Assembly: GCA_051546255.1 (NCBI GenBank)
Contig: CP128815.1
Span: 558,001-622,000, forward strand
DNA from: Meyerozyma guilliermondii
Lineage: Eukaryota
DNA length: 64,000 bases
Reading direction: 5' to 3'
Part shown: positions 32,252-42,890 of the stretch, piece after piece
How positions within the stretch are numbered: the first letter of the stretch is position 1
How the letters are laid out: each line of letters opens with the position of its first letter
Notes under the pieces: model-generated
The model's database searches: none
The model's input: only the letters and a program-made list of their open reading frames with translations
Told to the model about the DNA's origin: nothing
Position numbers and translations under genes: made by a program

Positions 32252-35200
32252 ATGTCCTACAGATTTAAAGGTCCCGATCGTGGAGATCGTGGAGACCGTA
32301 ATGATCGTGGCGGGGGCTACCACACCAACTACGATGACAAGTATCGGCGTGAAGTTGCTCCAAAACTTTCAAATCTGTACGATAGCTTTCGACCATCAGG
32401 TCCACGAAAACACAACACAAATCATTATGATAGAGACGCTTACTACCGACCCATGGAGCATCGAAATCCATCCAAGCCAGCACAGACACCGTCCACAAAC
32501 CCAAAACCAGAGTTTAAGCCAGATCACGAACAAGAAAATGGCCGTCACTCTCACCATGGCAATGTTCAAAATCACACACGATCGCCTCTCCAACCTCCAA
32601 CGCCCAATAGTGTGACCTCTGCGCCCGAGGAAGTGACGGGAACAGACCCCCGAACCGGAGTGAACCCCCATGACCTTAAAGTTCCAACTTTACAGCTCCA
32701 TCGTGATCATCTCCAGCTCGAATTTTCATCACCATCCGATCCTCCAAAAAACTACAAGGTTCTCTACGATCCAGAGAACGATTCCCACAGAAACAAGTCC
32801 ACCAACAAATCAAAAAGCAAAGTATTTCGCTTTAATGGCTCGTCTGTAAGTGACCCACAATCATACAGTGATGCCATAATCCACAGCTCCGATATCACCG
32901 ATCCACGAAAAAAGATCCTTTCCACCTACTTTTCCAAACCCAACAAAAACTCCAAGAAATTTCCATTCAAGCAACTCCCACAGCCGCGATTTGTGTTTGA
33001 CAAGAACTCGGTGGGTCCTCCCCCGCAAACTGAGCTTGTGGTGTGGGACATTCCATCCACCACCAGCGAGGTCTACGTGACAAACTTCTTTAGATCTCAC
33101 GGGAATGCGACCGAAATTAACTTCCTCCAGGACCCAATGTATGCGGTACCTTTGGGCGTTATGCTGTTTCGTTTCCAAGGCTCTCCTGACAAATCAATGC
33201 TTTTGGCCAAGAATCTCCTCAATTTCGTCCACCTTGAAAAACCCAAAATCAACGGCGTGGTGCTCAAGATAGAGCTTAATGACCATGAGGGAAAGTTGCT
33301 CCGTAGCAAGGTGGAAATTGCCCAAAATCGAATTCGGCAATCGAAACAGAAATTGGAGATGGAAGAACAGAAAAGAAGAGAGATGGAAGAGGAAAAGAAA
33401 CGTAAAGAGATCGTTGCTCAGAGGGAGGAAGCACGCCAGAAAGAATCACAAAACAATACCTTCCAAAAATACGACTATAAACCAAACACCACCATCATGT
33501 CTGTCAAGTATCGCAACAAGGTCATTCCAGGAACATTTCTTCCACGAGAAGTTCGTCATATCATCAAAGACAACCCCTATCTATTCATACACGACAAACA
33601 CGTTTCCACACGGACCGTATCTGCCCAGGATATCAAGCGTGTGCTCAACAAGTACAACTGGTCTCGAGTCCTACACGAGAAGGTAGGATTTTTCATAATT
33701 TTCAATTCTTTGGAGGAGTGCAAACGATGTTTCTGGAAGGAAGATGGGCGTAGGTTCTATGAATTTCGTATGTTCATGGAGATGGCTGTGCCTGAAGGTT
33801 TTGAAGACAAGTCCACAACTTCTGCCACCAAAGGTGACGCCGTCGAAGAAGCAACGAATATGCTCATACAAGAGTTCCAAGCATACCTTAAAAAAGATAT
33901 ACGTGAGCGAGTAATTGCACCCCAAGTATTGGAATTGTTGAACCCGGAAAGATTTCCTGTTCTCAAGGCACAATTGGACGAAGAGCGAACCAAGCAGGCA
34001 CAAGCTGCTGCCGCTAGGGCCGAAACGATTGCAAGCAAAATCCAAGAAACTCGAAATAAAGAAGGTGCTTATGCTCTAATGAATAAAAAAGCGGCACAGT
34101 TACCCAGTTTCAAAAGAAAAGAAGGCATAAAAATGCAAGCGAAGAAGAGAGTTATTCCTATGCAGCATGTCCTCAACTATGAAAATGACTCGGACGATTC
34201 AGAAGACGATTCAAGTCGTTCTGCTACTCCTGCTCCCGCGTTGAAGCGTGAACGCAGCCTGCCAGCAACCAGCTATGACGAAGAAGCACCCTCAAAGAAG
34301 AAAAAGAAAACACTGCTCAAGACAATGTTGCTTTACGACTCATCAGAAGGAGAAGTTTCCGACAGTCCTGAAGATCAAGTCATGGAAGATGCAGAGGAGG
34401 CGGCTGACCAAGTGGACGATTTTGCCGATGTGGATGTCAAGTTCAGACCTACATTACACTCTTCAGTTCCGGTGTACCCTGAGGATGAATTTGTTGACGA
34501 GTTCGACGTCAATTATATCCAATCTTCCATCAAAGACGAGGAAGATTTGAACATTGCAAAGAGCATTCTTTCTGAGTTGAAGCCTTCCACAATAGCAAAT
34601 GTGGACTACTGGGCGTGGAAGCAAAAAGAGACTCGAAAGCCAGAGGAAATTGCCGAAAGTGTACATCTAATTGAACCTCTTGCACCCAAATTTGAGTCGG
34701 CAAGTGGCTCTTTCCGCAGTGAAGGATACAGAAAAATACCCGATACTGACAAGATCGAATACTTGCCTCATCGGCGCAAAATTTACAAGCCTGTCAAGAC
34801 CGTCCAACACGAAGATGACGAGACTTCTGCGAACAATGGAAACGGTACGAATAACAGCACTGCGGTGCATAGCTCTCGTGTGAACCGTGCCAACAACAGA
34901 AGATTGGTGGCTGATATAAGTGCCCAGAAGCAAATGCTTGGAAGCGAAACTGACATTTTGGATCTCAATGCGTTGACGAAAAGAAAGAAACCGGTGACTT
35001 TTGCGAGGTCCGCGATCCATAACTGGGGCTTGTACGCCTTGGAATCAATTGCTGCGAAGGAGATGATTATAGAGTACGTTGGGGAGAGTATTCGACAGCA
35101 AGTAGCCGAGCACCGTGAGAAGAGTTACTTGAAGACAGGCATTGGGTCGTCGTATCTTTTCCGAATTGACGAGAATTCAGTGATCGATGCAACCAAAAAA

Positions 35201-35419
35201 GGCGGAATAGCTCGTTTCATCAACCATTGCTGTAACCCTAGTTGTACTGCCAAGATCATCAAAGTGGAAGGAAAGAAGAGAATTGTCATTTACGCTTTGC
35301 GAGACATCGAAGCTAACGAAGAACTCACCTACGACTACAAATTCGAAAGAGAGACGAACGACGACGAACGGATCCGTTGTTTGTGTGGTGCCCCTGGCTG
35401 TAAGGGCTATTTGAACTAG
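32252..35419 (+). CDS. SET1: Histone H3K4 methyltransferase Set1
   Basis: RRM regions, n-SET (GSFRSEGY), SET (SAIHNWGLYA, ARFINHCC, ELTYDYKF) and post-SET CLCGAPGCKGYLN. Confidence 0.97.
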   Translation: MSYRFKGPDRGDRGDRNDRGGGYHTNYDDKYRREVAPKLSNLYDSFRPSGPRKHNTNHYDRDAYYRPMEHRNPSKPAQTPSTNPKPEFKPDHEQENGRHSHHGNVQNHTRSPLQPPTPNSVTSAPEEVTGTDPRTGVNPHDLKVPTLQLHRDHLQLEFSSPSDPPKNYKVLYDPENDSHRNKSTNKSKSKVFRFNGSSVSDPQSYSDAIIHSSDITDPRKKILSTYFSKPNKNSKKFPFKQLPQPRFVFDKNSVGPPPQTELVVWDIPSTTSEVYVTNFFRSHGNATEINFLQDPMYAVPLGVMLFRFQGSPDKSMLLAKNLLNFVHLEKPKINGVVLKIELNDHEGKLLRSKVEIAQNRIRQSKQKLEMEEQKRREMEEEKKRKEIVAQREEARQKESQNNTFQKYDYKPNTTIMSVKYRNKVIPGTFLPREVRHIIKDNPYLFIHDKHVSTRTVSAQDIKRVLNKYNWSRVLHEKVGFFIIFNSLEECKRCFWKEDGRRFYEFRMFMEMAVPEGFEDKSTTSATKGDAVEEATNMLIQEFQAYLKKDIRERVIAPQVLELLNPERFPVLKAQLDEERTKQAQAAAARAETIASKIQETRNKEGAYALMNKKAAQLPSFKRKEGIKMQAKKRVIPMQHVLNYENDSDDSEDDSSRSATPAPALKRERSLPATSYDEEAPSKKKKKTLLKTMLLYDSSEGEVSDSPEDQVMEDAEEAADQVDDFADVDVKFRPTLHSSVPVYPEDEFVDEFDVNYIQSSIKDEEDLNIAKSILSELKPSTIANVDYWAWKQKETRKPEEIAESVHLIEPLAPKFESASGSFRSEGYRKIPDTDKIEYLPHRRKIYKPVKTVQHEDDETSANNGNGTNNSTAVHSSRVNRANNRRLVADISAQKQMLGSETDILDLNALTKRKKPVTFARSAIHNWGLYALESIAAKEMIIEYVGESIRQQVAEHREKSYLKTGIGSSYLFRIDENSVIDATKKGGIARFINHCCNPSCTAKIIKVEGKKRIVIYALRDIEANEELTYDYKFERETNDDERIRCLCGAPGCKGYLN

Positions 35420-35493
35420 CATACACTAATAGAGTACGACCAGCAGAATTTCCAGTAGCCTCTGAAGTTCGCGCGAACATTTCACATTTATGT

Positions 35494-38271
35494 ATGCATC
35501 GAATCTGGCGAGTAAAGAGGTATAATGTGGGCACTTTCCGTAGCCTACGATGGTTGAGTACTGCTCAAAGGGCTCCAAAAGTATCAATTGAGCCTCCAAA
35601 AGTAGCCAGTTCCGCGCCAAAACTCGAATCAAAACTCGAATCAAAGCTCGTATCTCCATCTTTACCAGATTGGGATCGAGGTGGAAAGACGAACAATGAC
35701 ACGTTGACGCCATTATATGCCAGCATAAACAAGATCATAGATGCCAACAAGGGCTGTGTGTGTCTTGTACAAGTAGGAAGCTTCTATGAAATATATTTTG
35801 ACCAGGCACAAGAATATGGACCCAAACTAGGCATCAAGGTTGCATCAAGAAAGACAAATAATTGCATTATTCCAATGGCAGGATTTCCCACTTACCAGCT
35901 CCAAAAGTTCGTCAAGATGCTAATACAAGACTATAATGTCAACGTGGCGATTATAGACCAATATCCCATGGAAAAGCGAACCATGGATGCAATTATTCAC
36001 CGAAAAGTTTCACGAATAGTTACGCCGGGAACCCTAGTAGACGAAACTTTTCTCAACTACAACCAAAACAACTACTTGGCAGCGATCCACTTGCCTCCAG
36101 GATGTACGAAAACCATCGCTGACCCAGCAATGGAAGTGGGACTCTCATGGGTCGATGTTTCTGTAGGAGAATTCTACGTTCAACGAACAACTTTGGAAGA
36201 TGTTGTCAGTGATATCTTCAGAATCAACCCTTCTGAGATTATTATACCCAAAGAGTTCCAAGATCTTGGTCTATTGACTGGAAATTGGTATACTCCACTA
36301 TCTGAACTTCGTCGCTATTTCTTACGCTATCATCAAACAGTCTACAAAGACTTGAAATTACAGTTCACCTCGAGTTACCAAGCGACGAGAAAGGCAATTG
36401 AGCTGCTCTCAGTGCGTGAAGAAGCCGCCATGAACATGATTTTGTCGTACATTAATGTCAATATTCCCGAAGCCAATCCTGCGCTCGATATCCCAACCCA
36501 GTACTGGAACGAAAAATACGTCAGAATGGACCCACGAACTCGAGAAGCGCTAGAACTCACAGAAAGGTCTACAGCTGGTCGACGGTCCGTCGTGGGAACG
36601 TTAGTGAGCACCATTCGCAAAACGGTAACACCATCAGGAACGAGAATGCTTTCGCAGTGGATCAACTCTCCCATTTTGGACATTGAAACTCTCAACTATC
36701 GCTATGATTTTGTTGAAGCTTTTAGAGCCGACATAGTTTTGACCCAGGGTTTACGAGCAAACCTTTCAAAAGTGGGTGACTTTATTCGCTCGGTTCAACG
36801 ACTCTCATTTGGAACTGGTGATTCGGTTTCTCATCTAGCTGCAATTGCCGATGGCTTGTATAAACTAGACCGAGTCGAAGAGCTCTTGAAGCAGCAAAAA
36901 CGGTCGAAACTCTGGGATGAATTTCTTCACAAATTTTCCGTGCCAATAACGGTAGCTGAAAAGATCGACGAAACGCTCAACTTGAGCGAATTGATCAATG
37001 ACAATTCTACTTTGGAAGAAAGAGAAGACAACAAAAAACTACGGGTTGGGGCCAAATTCTTCGTCAGACCTTCATTTAATTCTGAACTTGCACTCTTACA
37101 CTCGGAGCTCCAAACTCTATTGACTGAAGAGGATAAGTTACTTGAACAAATAACGGCTCAAATAACCGATATAGATTCCAAATTGGCTATTAGCAAGCGA
37201 GATTCACACGGACGGTTTTCAAACGTGATCCATGTATCAGGAAAGACAAAGCTGATAGAAGCCGTTGGGAACTTGCTTGCCAAAGATGTTCGCGAGAAAA
37301 GAAAAAGCACTATCATTATCAAGCCATATGAATGGAGCATGTTACAAGCACTCGTCAATTCCAAGGTTGAAGAGATTCTTGAGGTGGAACAAAAAGTCAT
37401 TTCCAGCTTGCGCACACAAGTTCTTGCTTCTGCCTTGCCCATGAGAGTTGCAAGTCAGCTAGTTGATTTCCTAGATGTAACTTCATCTTTTGGATTACTA
37501 GCCCACGAAACGGAACTTGTACGTCCAAAAGTGGTTTCGCAGCCAAAATTGGAGATTATTGATGGACGTCACTTAGTTGTAGAATCAGCACTTAAGTCGC
37601 TTGGAGAAATGTTTGTGCCCAATACTTCTCAATTGAATTCCAATGGAACGATGTGGATGATTACTGGTCCTAATATGGGAGGAAAAAGTACGTTTTTGCG
37701 CCAGAATGCATTGATAGTTATCATGGCCCAGATTGGATGTTTTGTGCCTGCAAAGAGAGCCACCATTGGCGTTGTGGACCGAATCTTTACTCGTATTGGG
37801 GCCTCGGATGATTTGTTCAATGATTTGAGCACATTCATGGTGGAAATGATCGAAACTAGCAACATCCTCAAAAATGCTTCACAGCAATCTTTGGCTATAG
37901 TTGACGAAATTGGAAGAGGAACAAGTGGTAAGGAAGGTCTTGCTGTGGCCTATGCTGCGATGATCCACTTACTACAGGTGAACAAATGCCGTACTTTATT
38001 TGCTACTCATTTTGGAAGAGAGCTTGTGGCTCTTTTAGAAGAGGAAGGTGTTGATACACGCAAGCTCCACAATTACAGAACAAGCGTCGTTAAAAACGAC
38101 AGCCAGATTATCATGAACCATCGACTTGAACCGGGCATAACTGAACGTTCGTATGCACTCGAGGTTGCAAGAATGTCCAATTTTCCAGACCACGCTATGC
38201 AAACAGCGAGCCGAGTTCTCGACATGTTGACGACTAGAGAATGGAAAGTGAATGAACATCATCGTGATTGA
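35494..38271 (+). CDS. MSH1: Mitochondrial MutS homologue
   Basis: QVGSFYE, GPNMGGKST, STFMVEM, DEIGRGT, LFATHF; presequence-like N-terminus. Confidence 0.95.
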   Translation: MHRIWRVKRYNVGTFRSLRWLSTAQRAPKVSIEPPKVASSAPKLESKLESKLVSPSLPDWDRGGKTNNDTLTPLYASINKIIDANKGCVCLVQVGSFYEIYFDQAQEYGPKLGIKVASRKTNNCIIPMAGFPTYQLQKFVKMLIQDYNVNVAIIDQYPMEKRTMDAIIHRKVSRIVTPGTLVDETFLNYNQNNYLAAIHLPPGCTKTIADPAMEVGLSWVDVSVGEFYVQRTTLEDVVSDIFRINPSEIIIPKEFQDLGLLTGNWYTPLSELRRYFLRYHQTVYKDLKLQFTSSYQATRKAIELLSVREEAAMNMILSYINVNIPEANPALDIPTQYWNEKYVRMDPRTREALELTERSTAGRRSVVGTLVSTIRKTVTPSGTRMLSQWINSPILDIETLNYRYDFVEAFRADIVLTQGLRANLSKVGDFIRSVQRLSFGTGDSVSHLAAIADGLYKLDRVEELLKQQKRSKLWDEFLHKFSVPITVAEKIDETLNLSELINDNSTLEEREDNKKLRVGAKFFVRPSFNSELALLHSELQTLLTEEDKLLEQITAQITDIDSKLAISKRDSHGRFSNVIHVSGKTKLIEAVGNLLAKDVREKRKSTIIIKPYEWSMLQALVNSKVEEILEVEQKVISSLRTQVLASALPMRVASQLVDFLDVTSSFGLLAHETELVRPKVVSQPKLEIIDGRHLVVESALKSLGEMFVPNTSQLNSNGTMWMITGPNMGGKSTFLRQNALIVIMAQIGCFVPAKRATIGVVDRIFTRIGASDDLFNDLSTFMVEMIETSNILKNASQQSLAIVDEIGRGTSGKEGLAVAYAAMIHLLQVNKCRTLFATHFGRELVALLEEEGVDTRKLHNYRTSVVKNDSQIIMNHRLEPGITERSYALEVARMSNFPDHAMQTASRVLDMLTTREWKVNEHHRD
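35620..35655 (+). repeat. 12-bp coding tandem repeat in MSH1 (about 3 copies)
   Basis: AAAACTCGAATC x2 plus AAAGCTCGTATC, encoding KLES-KLES-KLVS. Confidence 0.8.
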
Positions 38272-38272
38272 T

Positions 38273-40120
38273 TTATGGCTGGTATGGCGGAGATTGCTGA
38301 TTCTGGTTTTGCTGGAGTTGGTTGAGAAGAAGCTGTTGAAGCTGCTGCAACTGAGCTGGGTTTGCTTGCTGCTGTGGTTGCTGAAACTGAGGATTTGGTG
38401 AATACTGAGGATGCGACATTGCCGTAGGTTGCGACTGAATGTTCATTTGTTGACCATAATTTGGCTGCAATTGACCATATGGGTTTTGGTATTGTGACGG
38501 TACGTAACCCATCTGCTGAGGTGCAACAGGATGCAGAAGTTGACCAACAAGAGGTTTATTTGGAAGTTGATTAATTGGCGTACCATATGGATTGGCATGT
38601 TGGTTATATGGATATGGGTACTGTTGGAAACCTTGACCATTGTAGGGAGGCTGTGAGGGCAATTGAGCTTGGTGAGCAAACTGCAGAGTTTGAGTGAGCT
38701 GTGCATTTTGGGAAAACAGTGCATTTTGGGGGAACAGTGGAGTTTGTGGGAGCAGTACATTTTGTGGGAACTGCGGAGTACTCTGAAACTGAGAAGTCTG
38801 GTTCAATTGTGGAGTGTTTTGTTGTGGAGTTTGTTGTGGATTATTTGGGTTTATCGGCAACGCTTGTCCATAACTTGCGCCATAGGGAGATCCATAATTT
38901 ACTTGGGGACTCTGAGAAGTTTTTTCCGCAGTGGGGTAACCATACAGCTGGAATCCTTGAGGCTGGTGTTTCTTTGCGTTTGGTTGTTCCTGTTCCTTTT
39001 TGGGTTTCCTTTTCTTTTTCTTGGCCTGTTTCGATGCAAGTTCTTGTTCATCGTCAGAAAATTCCTGCTCTTCAACCGGAAGTTCTTCGTCATGACAATT
39101 ACTAGCATCAGTTCCCTTGATATGTTTTATGGTATCTGTGAGTAAAAATTTAGCATCTGGAACAACGTAATACACTTTGGCACCGATATGGTCTCGAAAA
39201 CTGATGGCTTTTTCAGACGATTCTAGTTGTACTCTGTAAAGTGGAGCCTGTAAGCGACCAAACACTTCGAACAATGGACCTATCAATGTCTTGTCTTCGA
39301 GGCATAGAACAGACTCTTCGTTCAAGACTCTATATTCTCCCGAAGTATTGGCTTTAATAATGACACTTTTGTCTACAACTCCGTTGATTTCTCCCACATA
39401 TTCCAATGGTGCGCCTTCGGGAATTGTATAGTCTTCAGGCAAAAGAAGCGGTTTTTCTTCAATGACTTCGTTCTTAGAGTATATGGGACCACCAGCCGCT
39501 TCTTCGTCTTCATCGTCGACATCGAGAACTGGGTTTTCTTTTTTTGTAGCTGAATTTGAGTCTGACTCTGAGCCTGAATCTGAAACTGAATCTGAGTCTG
39601 AGGCTGATTCTGAGTCTGAGTCTGAATCTGAATCTGAATCTGAAGACAGCTGCGAGCTCACCTCGATTTCGTCGTCTGAGAATTGGGGAAGTGCATCTTG
39701 TTTTTCTTCAACAACTTTTTCCAGCACTTCCAGGCTCTCTTGAGGTTCGGGAAGGTCACTATGGACTGTACCAGTATCTGTCAGATCTTTGAGGGGTTCA
39801 TCGTTGGAATCAGTTTTTGTTGAATTTTGCAGCAAATTCTGTGCTGAAACCTCTGTAGCCAATTCTACTTTTTCTTGCCCAGAATGTTCAGCAGCTGGTG
39901 AATTAGTCAGTGAATCAGGTAAATTTGTCGGTAATTCAGCCGCATTCAGAATCAAATTAGTTGAATCAGTTGAACCAGTTGGTACATTGTCTGCCACATC
40001 ATCCATTAAACCATTTTCTGTATCAGCCTCAATTGTCTCGGTCTTTGTTACCGTTTCGGTATCTACCAGCTCCGGTAGCGTCGCCAGTTTGCTCTCTATT
40101 GTAGCAGTGTCACTGGGCAT
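38273..40120 (-). CDS. NAF1: H/ACA snoRNP assembly factor Naf1
   Basis: Acidic/SD-rich N-terminus, Gar1/Naf1 domain (LFEVFGRLQAPLYRV, KGTDASNCHDEE, QEFSDDE), Q/P-rich tail; the ATG at 40120 lies just downstream of two PAC sites. Confidence 0.92.
   Translation of the reverse strand: MPSDTATIESKLATLPELVDTETVTKTETIEADTENGLMDDVADNVPTGSTDSTNLILNAAELPTNLPDSLTNSPAAEHSGQEKVELATEVSAQNLLQNSTKTDSNDEPLKDLTDTGTVHSDLPEPQESLEVLEKVVEEKQDALPQFSDDEIEVSSQLSSDSDSDSDSDSESASDSDSVSDSGSESDSNSATKKENPVLDVDDEDEEAAGGPIYSKNEVIEEKPLLLPEDYTIPEGAPLEYVGEINGVVDKSVIIKANTSGEYRVLNEESVLCLEDKTLIGPLFEVFGRLQAPLYRVQLESSEKAISFRDHIGAKVYYVVPDAKFLLTDTIKHIKGTDASNCHDEELPVEEQEFSDDEQELASKQAKKKKRKPKKEQEQPNAKKHQPQGFQLYGYPTAEKTSQSPQVNYGSPYGASYGQALPINPNNPQQTPQQNTPQLNQTSQFQSTPQFPQNVLLPQTPLFPQNALFSQNAQLTQTLQFAHQAQLPSQPPYNGQGFQQYPYPYNQHANPYGTPINQLPNKPLVGQLLHPVAPQQMGYVPSQYQNPYGQLQPNYGQQMNIQSQPTAMSHPQYSPNPQFQQPQQQANPAQLQQLQQLLLNQLQQNQNQQSPPYQP
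39560..39645 (-). repeat. Hexamer microsatellite (TCTGAR)n encoding a Ser-Asp/Glu tract in NAF1
   Basis: Repeated tctgaa/tctgag units on the + strand. Confidence 0.8.
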
Positions 40121-40146
40121 ATCGTGCGTACTTACTAGATGCGGCC

Positions 40147-40536
40147 GCGATGAGAAGCGATGAGGCACTGCATATAACACATACGATTGTGTTTCGTCAT
40201 TATGCGGTGCGGGTGGCTGGGCGCACGTGACGCAAACAAAGAGCCGCTGATTCAAATCTGTAGCCGAGAACGTGACATGATTTAGCCAAGATTGAGCCAA
40301 GCCATGCATGGTAATATAAAGCGCGCCTGAAACATTGTCCTGCAGGACATCACCAGTACCGACTAGGAAAAACAGACAATACCGTAAACCCAAGTCAGCG
40401 TAAAAAGACGGCCAAACATTACCCGAAACTCAACTTTATCTGTTTGTTCTTGGGCTCAAATTGAGACAATGCAATCGTTTCTTTCTCACTTGCTGGATCA
40501 TTCCTCACAAGTTACCCATCCAGCACGACACGTGAC
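40147..40536. promoter_or_regulatory. NAF1/SUN divergent promoter: tandem PAC sites and two Cbf1-type E-boxes
   Basis: GCGATGAG at 40147 and 40157; CACGTGAC at 40224 and 40529. Confidence 0.65.
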
Positions 40537-40735
40537 ACCCGCCGCACGAGCGCTAAAAACACGACGGCGCGCAGCGGGTGCAGTGCCCAAAACGGCATCG
40601 CCATGCACAGAATCAGGCGTGAAAGGCGCGCGTTACATGGAGGCTGGCGCATAGTAAACACAGGGGGGTTTATAAGGGACGAGATCCCGCAACTTTTGGT
40701 TTAGAAAAATCTCGGTATAACCTGTCACTCCTTTG

Positions 40736-41178
40736 GTAAGTAGAAAAACTAGGAACGAAAAGCAGTGGAGAGTAAATGAGAAGTGAATGAGAAGACAGAG
40801 GTAACTTAAGTAGAGCTGAACCAATAAACTTTGGACCAAATTTATGGTGTAAAGTTTAAATGATTTTCTGCTTAAAAGCACATTTCTACTTGAAGGCGCA
40901 GCTCAATATGTCTCCATACATATCAGCATGCCTCCATATGTCTCAGTTCATCTCAACTTGTTTCCATATATTCTCCCTTTTTGCCCTCGTCATTGTTGTC
41001 GCGACCGTTGTTTTGGTCCGGCAGCCAAGCAAACGCGAATTCGCGCGCGCGGATTTCTCGCGAGCTTCGACCGTGCAGAATGCGTATTCCAGGGTGCAAC
41101 CGTATCCTGGGGTAACTTGCAGGGGCCACTAATACATATGATGAGGTTGTCACCACAGAAAACAAAAACTAATACCAG
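40736..41178 (+). other. Probable 5'-UTR intron of the SUN-family gene (443 nt)
   Basis: TATAAG at 40671, donor GTAAGT at 40736, branch-like AACTAAT-AC-CAG ending 3 nt before the ATG; S. cerevisiae SIM1 and SUN4 carry 5'-UTR introns. Confidence 0.7.
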
Positions 41179-41181
41179 ACC

Positions 41182-42357
41182 ATGAAACTTTTTAATGCTG
41201 CTGTTGCCGCTTATTTGGCTGTTGCGGTGTCGGCTGCTCCTGCCGCTGACTGCGCTGATGTCAAATTTCACGCCCACCATCGCCACAAGAGAGATGTAGT
41301 GTACGACTACGCCTACGTCACCGTCACCGTTGACGGAAGCGGAAACAAGGTGGTCGGATCTGAAACATCCGCATCCCCAGCTGCAACTTCAGCTGTAACT
41401 TCAGCTCAACAACCTTCCGCACAGACTTCTGCAGTTGCTCCATCGCAGTCTTCGCAACAAGCGTCCAATGCAGGCCAGGGCTCATCGGAGACTTCTTCTA
41501 GCAGCAGCTCGAGTGGTTCTTCGAGCGGTGGCTCTGGAGGTATTTCCGGAGACCTTTCTGCTTTCCTGGATCCTAGCGTCGCCTTTGAAGACGGTGTGCT
41601 TTCGTGCTCCGATTTCCCCTCGGGACAAGGTGTGATCTCATTGGACCACTTGGGATTCGGAGGCTGGTCTGGTATCGAGAACAGCGACGGTTCTACCGGT
41701 GGTAACTGTAAAGAAGGTTCGTACTGCTCGTACGCCTGTCAATCGGGTATGTCCAAGACTCAATGGCCCAGCAGCCAGCCTGCCAATGGTGTGTCGATTG
41801 GAGGATTGTTGTGTAAGAATGGGAAATTGTACAGATCCAACACCAACACTAAATACTTGTGTGAATGGGGTGTTGACAAGGCATCTGTTGAAAACCAATT
41901 GTCACAAACAGTGGCTATTTGCCGTACTGATTACCCCGGTACTGAAAACATGGTGATTCCTACTGTTGTTAGCGGCGGATCGTCATCTCCTATCACGGTG
42001 GTTGACTCTGCTTCGTACTACAAATGGCAAGGAGGATCTACTTCTGCGCAATATTACGTCAACAATGCTGGTCTTGATTGGCAAAAGGGATGTGTGTGGG
42101 GTACCCAAGGATCTGGTTTGGGTAACTGGGCACCATTGAATTTTGGTGCTGGTTACGACAATGGTATTGCATACTTGTCATTGATTCCTAACCCTAACAA
42201 TTACGACTCGTTGAACTTTAAAGTGAAGATTGTTGCCGACGGAGGCAGCGTCAGTGGACTGTGCGTTTATGAAAACGGAAAATACAATGGAAACGGAAGC
42301 GATGGATGTACCGTTGGAGTAACCAGCGGTAAGGCCAAGTTTGTGTTGTACAATTAG
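41182..42357 (+). CDS. SUN-family secreted beta-glucanase (Sim1/Sun4/Sun41-like)
   Basis: Signal peptide, HHRHKR Kex2 site, Ser-rich linker, SUN domain ([37 protein letters not shown]). Confidence 0.93.
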   Translation: MKLFNAAVAAYLAVAVSAAPAADCADVKFHAHHRHKRDVVYDYAYVTVTVDGSGNKVVGSETSASPAATSAVTSAQQPSAQTSAVAPSQSSQQASNAGQGSSETSSSSSSSGSSSGGSGGISGDLSAFLDPSVAFEDGVLSCSDFPSGQGVISLDHLGFGGWSGIENSDGSTGGNCKEGSYCSYACQSGMSKTQWPSSQPANGVSIGGLLCKNGKLYRSNTNTKYLCEWGVDKASVENQLSQTVAICRTDYPGTENMVIPTVVSGGSSSPITVVDSASYYKWQGGSTSAQYYVNNAGLDWQKGCVWGTQGSGLGNWAPLNFGAGYDNGIAYLSLIPNPNNYDSLNFKVKIVADGGSVSGLCVYENGKYNGNGSDGCTVGVTSGKAKFVLYN

Positions 42358-42460
42358 ATGTAAATTAGTTACGAATGTTTAAGACAGAGAAAGTAAAGAG
42401 GGCGGAGTAGAGACGTAGACGGATGGTGAATGGACATGTGGTGGAATGCAATGGTTATGG

Positions 42461-42803
42461 TGACTCACCGCTGTCGCTGTCAGTTCCTGCGCGCTCGCTG
42501 TTGGCTTCTCATTCTCTTTTTCCTGCACCATGAATGCCTTATAGAAATCTTCGCAGAATGCCGTATTCTGCCGTTTTTCGCTAATTCGCACGGCGTTACA
42601 GATTCAGGGTAGCTAACAGCAGGCGACACCGAGATGTAAATGGTTAATCTTTACGGCATGAAAATGCACGATATGAGATAACGGAGAGATCCTCTAAACC
42701 CCGCTTAATCTCAGATTTCAACCCCATTATTTAAATGCATTTTCTTTCGCATTTTTCTCCATTTCTATTCATCCTACTCAAAGTGCCTTGGCTGACTCTT
42801 ATC
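42461..42803. promoter_or_regulatory. Gcn4-type and GATA sites upstream of the amino acid permease
   Basis: TGACTCA at 42461, TGACTC at 42793, GATAA at 42677, TTATC at 42799. Confidence 0.5.
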
Positions 42804-42890
42804 GCACCGAGTAAAAAATTTTACGCAATTTCTTTTTAAACAAACTTTATAACCAACCCCCGTGGCTGCAACCACAAAAATTTAATAGCC

